Below are positions 19,760 through 29,619 of a stretch of 64,000 nucleotides of DNA, in pieces; the first letter of the stretch is position 1; each line of letters begins with the position of its first letter. Origin of the DNA: a bacterium. Lineage in GTDB: Bacteria; DRYD01. The DNA is taken from contig JBCNVB010000003.1 in assembly GCA_039630415.1 (NCBI GenBank), forward strand, positions 32,001-96,000, written 5' to 3'. A program made the translations under genes and the position numbers. The notes under the pieces were generated by a model, which saw nothing but the letters and a program-made list of their open reading frames with translations, searched no databases and was not told the origin of the DNA.

Positions 19760-19834
19760 TTTTCCTAGGACCCCCTATGTATTTCCCTGGGAACCCTATA
19801 TATTTGTTAGTAAATGTACTTCAAAAAATCCTTC

Positions 19835-21454
19835 CTACGATACTCTGGTAAGACATTTTAAAGCTACTTTTTTATCACTGAACTCTTTTATAGACTTGCC
19901 AATTATTTGATATTTTTCGTGTCCTTTCCCTGCTATGAGTACTATATCTTTTGTCTGTGCTAATTCTATTCCTTTTCTGATCGCATTTTCTCTATCGAGC
20001 TCTACAATAACATTTTTTGAATCTATTTTGACACCCTTTTTAATGTCTTCAATGATTAGTAAGGGATCTTCATTTCTTGGATTGTCAGAGGTAAGTATGA
20101 TTATATCTGCATACTTTGAAGCTACTTTACCCATTAGTGGCCTTTTAGTCTTATCTCTGTTACCTCCAGCACCGAAAACTACTATTAGTTTACCTGAATC
20201 CTTTTTTATAGACTTCAAAGTTTTCAGTATTCTTTTCAATGCATCTGGACTATGAGCATAATCTATAAACACTAATGGATCTTTGCTAACTAATTCTAGT
20301 CTCCCTGCATCAGCTAAAAATTTCGAGCTATTAGCTAATAAATTAACTACTTGATCAAGGTAAAACTTTACTGGAAGGTCTCCTAAAACGTAGTTTATAA
20401 AAAGATAACACGAAATGTACACAATGGATAAGTTTTCAAAGTTATGTAACCCTATTAGATCTGTTTTTATGTTTTGTACAATCTTTTGTTTTTTTATTGG
20501 ATCTATAAAAGACAGGTTAAACGAACTTTGTGAGGTTTCTGAATAGTCACAGTTTTTGAAACTTCTTATTTTAAAAGATATAATATCCGCTTTATTTTGG
20601 GATAATTCGTTAATAAGTCTCCTACCATAAGAATTAGAGCTACATATTATTTTAAAGTCTGAGCTGTAATCTGTAAAAAGCTTCTTCTTAGCTGAAAAAT
20701 AGTTTTGCATTGTTTTATGATAGTCTAGATGTTCTCTAGATAAGTTAGTAAAACTTACAACTTTAAACTCTATCCCCTTTACTCTTTCTTGGTCTAGAGA
20801 ATGAGAGGATACTTCCATGAACACATTCTTAACTCCTCTATCTCTACAAGTTTTCAGTAAAAAGTAGTTTGTACATATATCAGGTGTTGTTAAGGGAATA
20901 TTACTAGTGGAGGATTCGTAAATAACTTGGTCTTTTATGCAGTATTTAACTGTTCCTATTAAACATGAACTAAAAATTGGGTCTTTTTTTGATAATTCTT
21001 GAAATATACTGTAAAGTATAGTAGTAGTTGTTGTTTTTCCATTTGTTCCTGTTATACCGAAGATGTTTAAACTTTTTGCCGGATGATCATAAAAGAAATT
21101 TAGCAATTTATCTAAATCTCTCTTTAAGTTTTCTACTACTACATAGTTGATATGACTTGGAAGCATATGGTAATTACAATCTTTATCAGCTATTACTAGC
21201 TTTGGATTAAGATCAAGAATAGGTTTCAAGTAGTGTTCTAATGGATCTTTCGAACCTTTCAAAGCTATAAAACCAACATCGCAACTGCTATAACTGCAAC
21301 TGCTACAAATAGATCTAAACAAACCATACAGTGAACTGTTTAAAATAAAAAAATCTATCTTGTGATCACTGTTTACATTGATCTTAATCAACTTAAATGA
21401 TAAACTAAGAAAATCAACTATATCAGAAATTTTTTTGTAATTTTTGTTAACCAT
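19835..21454 (-). CDS. murE: UDP-N-acetylmuramoylalanyl-D-glutamate--2,6-diaminopimelate ligase
   Basis: GITGTNGKTT, TTPD, MEVSSH, FTNLSREHLDYH, DYAHSPD, DNPR (meso-DAP type), AGKGHE. Confidence 0.95.
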   Translation of the reverse strand: MVNKNYKKISDIVDFLSLSFKLIKINVNSDHKIDFFILNSSLYGLFRSICSSCSYSSCDVGFIALKGSKDPLEHYLKPILDLNPKLVIADKDCNYHMLPSHINYVVVENLKRDLDKLLNFFYDHPAKSLNIFGITGTNGKTTTTTILYSIFQELSKKDPIFSSCLIGTVKYCIKDQVIYESSTSNIPLTTPDICTNYFLLKTCRDRGVKNVFMEVSSHSLDQERVKGIEFKVVSFTNLSREHLDYHKTMQNYFSAKKKLFTDYSSDFKIICSSNSYGRRLINELSQNKADIISFKIRSFKNCDYSETSQSSFNLSFIDPIKKQKIVQNIKTDLIGLHNFENLSIVYISCYLFINYVLGDLPVKFYLDQVVNLLANSSKFLADAGRLELVSKDPLVFIDYAHSPDALKRILKTLKSIKKDSGKLIVVFGAGGNRDKTKRPLMGKVASKYADIIILTSDNPRNEDPLLIIEDIKKGVKIDSKNVIVELDRENAIRKGIELAQTKDIVLIAGKGHEKYQIIGKSIKEFSDKKVALKCLTRVS

Positions 21455-21496
21455 CTACCTTTATGATTTTCTTCTACGTTCTAGAAATATGTCCTA

Positions 21497-21526
21497 TTGA
21501 AGGTGTACTTCAAAAGGTATTAAATT
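21497..21526. promoter_or_regulatory. Palindrome TTGAAG-N5-CTTCAA; possible sigma70 promoter (TTGAAG-N18-TAAATT) and/or operator in divergent murE/carboxyltransferase gap
   Basis: Inverted repeat at 21497-21513; -10-like TAAATT at 21521-21526. Confidence 0.4.
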
Positions 21527-21574
21527 TTAAAAGTGGTAACTATTGGATTTTCTTAAGACGGGGGTAAAATAAAG

Positions 21575-23203
21575 ATGCTCTTACAAGAAATTACTTTTAA
21601 CCGTATAAAAACCCAAATAGACACAAAATCTCTTGAGTACAAAAGTAATTACGATTATCACAAAGGATTAGCTCAGGTACTACATGAAAGAATAAAAAGG
21701 ATAATGGAGGGTGGATCTGAAGAAGCTAAACAAAAACACATACAACGTGGAAAACTTTTGGTAAGAGATAGAATAAAAAACCTAATAGATCCAGATACAG
21801 ATTTTTTTGAATTGTCCATTTTTGCAGGACATGAACTTTATGAAGATTATATTCCTGCAGGAGGAATAATAACTGGTATAGGACTAGTTGAAGGTAAATT
21901 TTGCATGATAGTTGCAAATGATGCTACTGTCAAAGGTGGAACCTACTATCCTATAACAGTTAAAAAACACATCAGAGCTCAGGAAATAGCAATGCAAAAC
22001 AGATTACCAACAATATATCTCGTAGACTCTGGGGGAGCTTTCTTACCTCTTCAAGCTGAAGTATTCCCCGACAAAGAACACTTCGGAAGAATATTTTATA
22101 ACCAAGCGAGAATGTCTGCTATGGGTATACCACAAATAGCTGTTGTAATGGGATCTTGTACAGCAGGAGGAGCTTACGTTCCTGCTATGAGTGACGAAGT
22201 TGTAATAGTTAAAAATCAAGGTACAATATTTTTAGGTGGACCACCTTTGGTTAAAGCTGCTACCGGCGAAGAAATATCTGCTGAAGAACTAGGTGGAGGA
22301 GATGTTCATACCAGAATATCTGGAGTAGCTGACTACCTCGCTGATAATGATTACCATGCTATTCAAATAACTCGACATATAGTCAAGAATCTTAACTATG
22401 AACCAATTCCATCTCTAACTCAATATGATCCGGAAGAACCCTACTACGATCCAGATGAAATATATGGCATACTTCCAAAAGACCTAAGAAAACCTTTCGA
22501 CATAAGAGAAATTATTGCCAGAATAGTAGATGGAAGTTATTTCCATGAGTTCAAACCGTTGTATGGTAGTACATTAGTTTGTGGATTTGCAAGAATACAC
22601 GGATACATAGTAGGAATAGTGGCAAATAATGGTGTACTGTTTTCTCAATCCGCCCTAAAAGGAGCCCACTTTATTCAACTATGCAACAAAAGAAAAATAC
22701 CCATAATCTTCTTACAGAATATAACCGGTTTTATGGTTGGAAAACAGTATGAACATGGTGGAATAGCAAAAGATGGTGCAAAAATGATAAATACAGTGGC
22801 TAATTCTGAGGTTCCCAGAATAACTATAATCGTTGGAGGATCTTTTGGAGCGGGAAATTATGGAATGTGCGGAAGAGCATATAATCCAAGATTTTTGTTC
22901 ATGTATCCCAACGCAAAAATATCAGTTATGGGAGGGGAGCAAGCTGCATTAACACTTCTTACTGTCAAAGAACAACAACTTAAAGCCAAGGGAATAAGTA
23001 TGTCAGAAGAAGAAAAACAAGAATTTATGAAGAAGATAATAGAAAAATATGATTACGAAGGAAGTGCTTACTACTCCTCAGCTAGGTTGTGGGATGATGG
23101 AATAATCAACCCTATACAAACAAGAAAGGTACTTGCTAGGGTACTTAGTGTATGCTCTTATAGCCCCATAGAAGACTCTACTTATGCAATCTTTAGAATG
23201 TAA
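21575..23203 (+). CDS. Acyl-CoA carboxylase carboxyltransferase subunit, methylcrotonyl-CoA carboxylase beta type
   Basis: [60 protein letters not shown]. Confidence 0.93.
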   Translation: MLLQEITFNRIKTQIDTKSLEYKSNYDYHKGLAQVLHERIKRIMEGGSEEAKQKHIQRGKLLVRDRIKNLIDPDTDFFELSIFAGHELYEDYIPAGGIITGIGLVEGKFCMIVANDATVKGGTYYPITVKKHIRAQEIAMQNRLPTIYLVDSGGAFLPLQAEVFPDKEHFGRIFYNQARMSAMGIPQIAVVMGSCTAGGAYVPAMSDEVVIVKNQGTIFLGGPPLVKAATGEEISAEELGGGDVHTRISGVADYLADNDYHAIQITRHIVKNLNYEPIPSLTQYDPEEPYYDPDEIYGILPKDLRKPFDIREIIARIVDGSYFHEFKPLYGSTLVCGFARIHGYIVGIVANNGVLFSQSALKGAHFIQLCNKRKIPIIFLQNITGFMVGKQYEHGGIAKDGAKMINTVANSEVPRITIIVGGSFGAGNYGMCGRAYNPRFLFMYPNAKISVMGGEQAALTLLTVKEQQLKAKGISMSEEEKQEFMKKIIEKYDYEGSAYYSSARLWDDGIINPIQTRKVLARVLSVCSYSPIEDSTYAIFRM

Positions 23204-23205
23204 CT

Positions 23206-24252
23206 ATGAATATGTTGGATTTAGAACTACAAAAGTTAGGAATACATAGATCTAAAGAGCCAGCACATGTATTACCGCAAGCAGCTTATAAAGTTGATAA
23301 CTCTTTACCAATATCTGAAACTGAAATTCTATTTGAAATAGACTCTCTGAATATAGATTCAGCAAGTTTTAGAAATTTGTTGGAAATTTCTGAAAACTCA
23401 GAAAGTAAACTTAAACAAAAGATATCGGAAATAGTAAAAGAGAGGGGAAAAATGCATAATCCTCAAACTAACTCGGGAGGAGTATTCAAAGGCAAGATTA
23501 AGCAAATTGGAAACATATACAATCAATATCATCAGAATAAATATCAGTTGGGAAGCAAGGTTGTGTCATTAACTTCTTTGACATTCACTCCTCTATATTT
23601 GGAGGAAATATACGATGTAGATATAAAAGGATGTACTGTATTTGTTAAAGGTTACGCGATTTTATTTTTGAATAGTCCCTTTGCGGTAATAGATGGATAT
23701 GAAATACAAGAGGAAATAATAATGAAAGTATTGGATGTAGCTGGAGCACCTGCACAAGTAGCAAGATATACTAAACTATCCAGTAAGGTTGTAATACTTG
23801 GATCGGGTAAATCTTCAATACTTGCATCATACGAAGCTATGAAGCGAGTAGGACCAACAGGAAAGGTAATTGTAATATCAAACAATCAAGAAGAATTAGA
23901 CTATTTTTTAAAAAATCATCTTTGTCATGAGGTAATTCTGTCTGATGCTACTGACCCTATCCAAACTTATCAAAAATACCTACGGACAAATGATCAACTA
24001 GCAGATTTAGTAGTTAATTGTACTAATGTACCTGATACCGAAGCTACAACTATACTGCTAACTAAGGATTTTGGTATATCATACTTTTTCTCGATGGCTA
24101 CATCTTTTCAGAAGGCTGCTTTACAAGCGGAGGGACTTGCTAAAAATGTCGAATTAATCATTGGTAATGGATACTACCCAGACCACTACAAAATAGCTCT
24201 TAATTGTTTAATTGAAAATCCCCATATACTTGAGTTTTTTAAAATTAAGTAG
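23206..24252 (+). CDS. kdd: L-erythro-3,5-diaminohexanoate dehydrogenase
   Basis: GIHRS.EP..VLPQAA, LNIDSASF, RGKMHNP.TNSGG, LDVAGAPAQ, YFFSMATSF.KAAL.AEG, IGNGY. Confidence 0.85.
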   Translation: MNMLDLELQKLGIHRSKEPAHVLPQAAYKVDNSLPISETEILFEIDSLNIDSASFRNLLEISENSESKLKQKISEIVKERGKMHNPQTNSGGVFKGKIKQIGNIYNQYHQNKYQLGSKVVSLTSLTFTPLYLEEIYDVDIKGCTVFVKGYAILFLNSPFAVIDGYEIQEEIIMKVLDVAGAPAQVARYTKLSSKVVILGSGKSSILASYEAMKRVGPTGKVIVISNNQEELDYFLKNHLCHEVILSDATDPIQTYQKYLRTNDQLADLVVNCTNVPDTEATTILLTKDFGISYFFSMATSFQKAALQAEGLAKNVELIIGNGYYPDHYKIALNCLIENPHILEFFKIK

Positions 24253-24311
24253 AAGGTATGTAATTGTTGGTCAAGAATATCATATAAAGACCAGTATACC
24301 TACTAATCAAA

Positions 24312-24761
24312 ATGTCAATAGACAAGGAAAAACCATACCTAGAATTATCAAAAATAAAAGAAATAGCCTCAGAAATTTTGGATGTAGTATTCGTTAAAAA
24401 CTACGTTATAAAAAAAGAATATAAACCTGATGTAGATATATTCAAATTCAGCCAAAACAATAAGGAGTATTTTCTAATAGTAGTAGCGCTACCTGGTATC
24501 AAAAAGGACTCTATAGAAATATCACTTGATCAAGACTTATTGACAATAAGTGCTAAAAGAGAACTATTTTTCCCTACAGAAATGATAAATATAGAAGGTG
24601 ATATACTTGAGTTCATAAACAATAACTCAATATCAATAGAGAATTACTACGGTAATATATTCAGGAAAATAAGATTACCTAAACCAGTAAAGGCGAAAGA
24701 AGAAAAAGCAACGTATTTCAAAGGAATGCTTTTTATAAAACTCGAGGTTTTACAAGATTGA
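24312..24761 (+). CDS. Hsp20/alpha-crystallin family protein
   Basis: PDVDI, LPGIKKDSIEI, LTISAKR, YG.IFRKIRLP, ATYFKGMLFI. Confidence 0.85.
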   Translation: MSIDKEKPYLELSKIKEIASEILDVVFVKNYVIKKEYKPDVDIFKFSQNNKEYFLIVVALPGIKKDSIEISLDQDLLTISAKRELFFPTEMINIEGDILEFINNNSISIENYYGNIFRKIRLPKPVKAKEEKATYFKGMLFIKLEVLQD

Positions 24762-24762
24762 A

Positions 24763-24963
24763 ATGAAACAAATAGTAATACAAGCTATAAAAATGTATAG
24801 GAAACTAAAAATGAGGCCTGCGGTATGTAGATACTATCCATCCTGCTCAGAATACATGATACTCAGTATAGAGAAATACGGGCTTATAAAAGGAATATTA
24901 AAAGGTTTAATCAGAATAGTAAGGTGTAATCCTTTAGGTAAGGGAGGAATTGATTATCCATAA
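24763..24963 (+). CDS. yidD: Membrane protein insertion efficiency factor YidD
   Basis: CRYYPSCSEY, KYG..KG, RIVRCNP..GGIDYP. Confidence 0.92.
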   Translation: MKQIVIQAIKMYRKLKMRPAVCRYYPSCSEYMILSIEKYGLIKGILKGLIRIVRCNPLGKGGIDYP

Positions 24964-25879
24964 CTTGGTTATATGCCCTAAGTGCAATACCGAAAATCAA
25001 GATAATTACAACTACTGCTACAATTGTGCTTTTCCTCTTAAGGAAAAAATAAGGGAAAAGGAAATAACTAGACTAATGGGAATAGCTATAGGATACGAAA
25101 TTGTAAATCTATTTGATAAAGCTGCCGAAATATATGAAACTATAGTCCAAGAAAAACCTAGCTATGCTGACGTAAGATACAAATTAGCTTTAATCTATGA
25201 GTTACAGGGTAAGTATGAAAAGGTAATAAAGCAACTTCAAGAAGCACTTACCATAAACCCTGATTTTATCCAGGCAAGAATTAAGCTTGCTAATATTTTG
25301 ATGACTCTGGGAAACTATCAAGAAGCACTCATAGAGTACAAAACCGTTCTCACCACAAAAATAAAATATAACTTCGCAGACATATACAACAATATAGGGA
25401 TAATATATGAAAAAATGGGAAATATAAAACAAGCAAAAGCATACTATATGAAATCAATATCAATGAATCCCAAATTTGCAAAACCTTACTACAATTTAGG
25501 AAATGTCATGTTTGCAAAGGGAAACTATGATATGGCTATAATTAACTACAGAAAAGCTATAAGCTTGAAGTTTGAAGTTCCTGAAGTATATAATAACCTT
25601 GCTTTGGCTATGTATAAGCAAGGAAACATGAAAGAAGCTGAACAGAATCTATTAAAGGCAATAGAAATAGATAAGAATTTTTTTGAAGCTTACTACAATT
25701 TAACACTAATCTACCTTCAATCCGAACAACTTCAAAAAGCAAATGAAATTATTCAACAAATTAAACAAAGATTTGCCTACAGTCAAGATATAAATTACCT
25801 TGAAAAAACTATTGAAAAAAAGTATAAGGAAAAGTACAAAAAAGAGCAAATTAATAATATAGAGAAAACAATTAAATGA
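24950..25879 (+). CDS. Zinc-ribbon plus TPR repeat protein
   Basis: CPKC..CYNC N-terminus; multiple YNNLG/A-type TPR repeats. Confidence 0.85.
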   Translation: MIIHNLVICPKCNTENQDNYNYCYNCAFPLKEKIREKEITRLMGIAIGYEIVNLFDKAAEIYETIVQEKPSYADVRYKLALIYELQGKYEKVIKQLQEALTINPDFIQARIKLANILMTLGNYQEALIEYKTVLTTKIKYNFADIYNNIGIIYEKMGNIKQAKAYYMKSISMNPKFAKPYYNLGNVMFAKGNYDMAIINYRKAISLKFEVPEVYNNLALAMYKQGNMKEAEQNLLKAIEIDKNFFEAYYNLTLIYLQSEQLQKANEIIQQIKQRFAYSQDINYLEKTIEKKYKEKYKKEQINNIEKTIK

Positions 25880-26502
25880 ACGAAGCATTTAGTAAACTAA
25901 AATCAACGGTGCAATACTACAAAAGAATATTAAGAAAAGATCCCTTTATAGCGCTAAACATAGCACCCATAAACTATATGAAAAATGATAAAATCACAGT
26001 TGATTCAAATCCAAAGGGATTGATAGATCAGAAAGAATTGGATCAAATGATATCCTTTATTCATAGATATGCAAAAGAATACTTATCTTCAATAATTTCT
26101 TGTTTCCAACCATTACCTGCTGTATATGAACAAATAATAAAGGGATCAGCAAAGAAAATTGAAGGTTTAGAAACACATAGAGTTAAAGGTTTCAAAATAT
26201 CAGAACCAAAAGCACAAATATATGAGAATGAATTTGCTCAGAATATATTTGGAACAACTGATACAAATAAACTAAAAGCTGCTCAAAACTACTATTTATC
26301 AGCATCTCATTTTAAAGAAAAAAACTACTACGAATCAAACAAAGCAATACTAGAGTCTTATAAATACGATCCTTCTAACCCATATGTTATTAACAACCTG
26401 TTTATAACTAACTATTTGCTAGGAAAATTTGATGAAAACCAAGAAATACTAAAAATCATGGCTATATTTGGATTCGACGAGGTTGAGTTCTTTGAAAAGT
26501 AG
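25876..26502 (+). CDS. Hypothetical protein with C-terminal TPR-like segment
   Basis: ATGA overlap with upstream gene; DPSNPYVINNL TPR-like helix pair. Confidence 0.65.
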   Translation: MNEAFSKLKSTVQYYKRILRKDPFIALNIAPINYMKNDKITVDSNPKGLIDQKELDQMISFIHRYAKEYLSSIISCFQPLPAVYEQIIKGSAKKIEGLETHRVKGFKISEPKAQIYENEFAQNIFGTTDTNKLKAAQNYYLSASHFKEKNYYESNKAILESYKYDPSNPYVINNLFITNYLLGKFDENQEILKIMAIFGFDEVEFFEK

Positions 26503-26523
26503 AAAAAGAAAGGGTGAAAAAAT

Positions 26524-27135
26524 ATGAAGCTTCCTTCAAAAGACTATTATAAGCTCTTGGAAGTAAGTCCATTAGCTTCAACAGAGGAAATACAACAGGC
26601 TTTCAGAAAATTGGCTCGTAAGTACCACCCAGATACCACCCAAAACCCCGTAGAAAAGAAAAGACTACAGGAAATCTATCAACAACTAGTAGATGCTCAT
26701 CAGTTCCTGAGAGATGAAGAAAAAAGAAAAGAATATGACAATAATGTAATATTCAAATTCAGAACCATAAGTAAGAGTCAGGTAAAGAATAAGGTACAAG
26801 TACAAACCAAACAGGAACCATGGTGGAAAAAAATATTATCGATTGGTAAAAAGGACAAAGAAAAGGATGACCCGGTTAAAAAAGCAGAACAACTATTTTT
26901 CTTAGGTATGAGTCTAACAGCAAGACAAGATCAAAAAATGATACAATCAGCCCTAACTTATTTTGAACAAGCCTACAAATCAAATCCAGAGCTATTGGAA
27001 GCTTTGTTCAATACAGCCCTAGCATACTACAAATTGGGTGATTTTGAAAAAGCAAAAAGTTTACTTAAGGAATATCTTTCCAAAAGGCCATCCGATCAAG
27101 CAGCCGAAATACTATATCGTCTTATAAACTGGTAA
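26524..27135 (+). CDS. J-domain (DnaJ) protein with C-terminal TPR
   Basis: DYYKLLEV..EIQQAFRKLARKYHPD..KRKEYD; TPR at C-terminus. Confidence 0.9.
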   Translation: MKLPSKDYYKLLEVSPLASTEEIQQAFRKLARKYHPDTTQNPVEKKRLQEIYQQLVDAHQFLRDEEKRKEYDNNVIFKFRTISKSQVKNKVQVQTKQEPWWKKILSIGKKDKEKDDPVKKAEQLFFLGMSLTARQDQKMIQSALTYFEQAYKSNPELLEALFNTALAYYKLGDFEKAKSLLKEYLSKRPSDQAAEILYRLINW

Positions 27136-28052
27136 TGATAACTATAATAACCGGTCCAACTGCGGTAGGAAAAACTAACCTTTCCCTAATCCTTGCCCAA
27201 AAAATACCTAACTCCATCATAATCTCTGTGGATAGTAGACAAGTATACAGACTAATGGACATAGGCACTGATAAGGTATCACCATATATCAGAAAGTATA
27301 TCCCACACTATCTAATAGATATCATTAACCCCAATTGCCAATTCTCTGTTTATGACTTTATCAATAAATCACATAAAATAGTGCAATTTGCTATTAAGAA
27401 TAACAAAAATGTTATATTTGTAGGAGGAACTGTATTGTACGTACTTTCGCTTATAGAAGGATACTCTCTCTTACCTACTAACCCCAACATAAGAAAAAAG
27501 TATGAAAATTTATCAACAGAAGAACTTAAAAATCTTTTGGAAAAAATTGATAAAAAATATGCTACAAACTTTCTAAATAAAATAAAAGACAAAAGAAGAA
27601 TGGTCAGAATACTTGAGGTATACGAAATAACTAATCAAAATCCATTAGATCTGTGGAGAAATAATCGAAAAATTCCAATAGATAACATAATAATTCTGCA
27701 AAATCATAGATCAAAAATATATGAAAATATAAACTCAAGAGTAGATCGTCAAATATCTCAAGGACTTGTAGATGAAGTCAAATACATAGTTAAAAAGTAT
27801 CCTGAATATTCAACTTTTAAAAGCCTTAAAACTTTTGGATATTACGAGATAATTCAATACATTAACAGGAATATAACTCTTGAAAGAGCAATAGATCTGA
27901 TAAAAAGAAATACGAGAAGATATGCAAAAAGACAAATTAGTTTTCTGAAGAAAATAAAAGGACATGTAGTCGATTTATCAACTTTCCAAGATAACTTATA
28001 TAGAGCTTCAGAACATATACTACAGTTTATATTCAATCCAAGTAATGTTTGA
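27135..28052 (+). CDS. miaA: tRNA dimethylallyltransferase
   Basis: GPTAVGKT, DSRQVYR.MDIGTDK, VGGT.LY, TRRYAKRQ. Confidence 0.96.
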   Translation: MITIITGPTAVGKTNLSLILAQKIPNSIIISVDSRQVYRLMDIGTDKVSPYIRKYIPHYLIDIINPNCQFSVYDFINKSHKIVQFAIKNNKNVIFVGGTVLYVLSLIEGYSLLPTNPNIRKKYENLSTEELKNLLEKIDKKYATNFLNKIKDKRRMVRILEVYEITNQNPLDLWRNNRKIPIDNIIILQNHRSKIYENINSRVDRQISQGLVDEVKYIVKKYPEYSTFKSLKTFGYYEIIQYINRNITLERAIDLIKRNTRRYAKRQISFLKKIKGHVVDLSTFQDNLYRASEHILQFIFNPSNV

Positions 28053-28983
28053 AGGTACATTACCACAAGCTATTTCTGAACTACAAATACTTGAACCATC
28101 AGAGTATTATACTCTTCCAGATTATCAGTTAAACCAACATATATACTTTTTTGATGGGGTTAAGGAAATAGTTTATCTTAATCAGTTCTACGAAGCTTTA
28201 TGGATTACGTGCATAGGAGGAATCAGAACTATACAACAGCCATGCTTTACAAAAGTCTTCTGCTTCTATGTATATAACTACGTAAATAAACCTAATAACT
28301 ACATATTTGATAAATTATCAACTTACGGAATTAGTTTTAACTCTGTTTTTGAAGAATTCGATCAAGTCTATGAATATGTTACGAGTGTAAAAGATTTGTC
28401 TGTGGACTATGTATTAGGTTTATCACAGCGGGTAGAATATGAAAAAATTGAATCCATACAAAGCTTTACGAATCAAATGATGCTTTATCTGGAAGCGTTG
28501 ATTGTTAATAGATATCTAAACCATGTAGGTGGTGTTGAAAGTATTGTAGTTTCTGATGGCCCACTTAGTAAATTTAATAAGATACCTAAGATGGAAAATA
28601 CGTTAACTTTAGTTGGATTAGTTAAACAGGTTGAGAAGAATTATCTAGCAAATCTAGGAAACGAATATCTGTATAATCTACCATTTTCTAAAAGAACTGC
28701 ATCTTTCTTGATAAAGTATGGAAATATCCATGTTATCAGTTTCTACTTAAATTTAGGGCTCTACTCGCCTAAGATTATAAGATTGGAAATTTTAAAGGGT
28801 AGTGATGAAAAAATTCATCAAGATATACAAAGGCTAGAAAGAGTTGCTAATGTAGTGCTGAAACTATCAGTAGGGCCTAGAATATACCATAGGATGCCTG
28901 AAAATAACCTGGCACTCAACACACTGGAAAAATATCTAAAAAAATATATCCCCCATCAAACAATATTTTCTTACGTTTTTTGA
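28045..28983 (+). CDS. NurA-like RNase H-fold nuclease
   Basis: FFDG, VSDGPL, VGLVK, RT..F, SFYL.L, IRLE, R.PEN...L..LEKYL pattern resembles bacterial NurA homologs. Confidence 0.6.
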   Translation: MFEGTLPQAISELQILEPSEYYTLPDYQLNQHIYFFDGVKEIVYLNQFYEALWITCIGGIRTIQQPCFTKVFCFYVYNYVNKPNNYIFDKLSTYGISFNSVFEEFDQVYEYVTSVKDLSVDYVLGLSQRVEYEKIESIQSFTNQMMLYLEALIVNRYLNHVGGVESIVVSDGPLSKFNKIPKMENTLTLVGLVKQVEKNYLANLGNEYLYNLPFSKRTASFLIKYGNIHVISFYLNLGLYSPKIIRLEILKGSDEKIHQDIQRLERVANVVLKLSVGPRIYHRMPENNLALNTLEKYLKKYIPHQTIFSYVF

Positions 28984-29619
28984 ATGTCAAGAACATTAGA
29001 ACAACTTATAAATGAGCTTAGAAAATACGGAATTACAGAAAAAACATTAGAGGTATTTAAAGTCATAAAAAGGGAATGGTTTGTTGAGGACAAAGAACAG
29101 GCTTATTTGAATGAAGCTTTACCATTCTTTGGACAAACAACTTCTCAACCACTAGTGATTGCTAATATTATTGATGAACTAGAGCTATCTAAACAAGATA
29201 TAGTACTGGAAGTAGGAACTGGATCTGGTTTCCAAACATGCCTAATTGCTTATCTTGCTTTTAAAGTCTACTCATTCGAAATAGATCATCTAATATATAA
29301 AAAAGCAATTGAAAATATCTCTTACTGCCAAAGTATTATACCAAATCTGAACATCGAAGTTATAAGAAAAGATATATTTAACTCTTACCAAGAAATACAA
29401 GAGATAATCCGGCAAGAAGGTAGAATAGATAAGGCGGTTTTTAGTTTCTCTATAAATAAAATTCCCACTTTTATATCGGAATCAATAAATCTAATAATTG
29501 CCCCCATTGATATAAATCAAAAATATCAAAAACTCCAAAAGATAATTCGGCAAGGAGATAAGACTATTGTTAAGGACTTAGGGTATGTTTCATTTGTCAA
29601 AGCAAGGAGGGAAAAATGA
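28984..29619 (+). CDS. pcm: Protein-L-isoaspartate O-methyltransferase
   Basis: REWFV..AY..ALP..GQTTSQP, VLEVGTGSGFQT, VSFV. Confidence 0.88.
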   Translation: MSRTLEQLINELRKYGITEKTLEVFKVIKREWFVEDKEQAYLNEALPFFGQTTSQPLVIANIIDELELSKQDIVLEVGTGSGFQTCLIAYLAFKVYSFEIDHLIYKKAIENISYCQSIIPNLNIEVIRKDIFNSYQEIQEIIRQEGRIDKAVFSFSINKIPTFISESINLIIAPIDINQKYQKLQKIIRQGDKTIVKDLGYVSFVKARREK

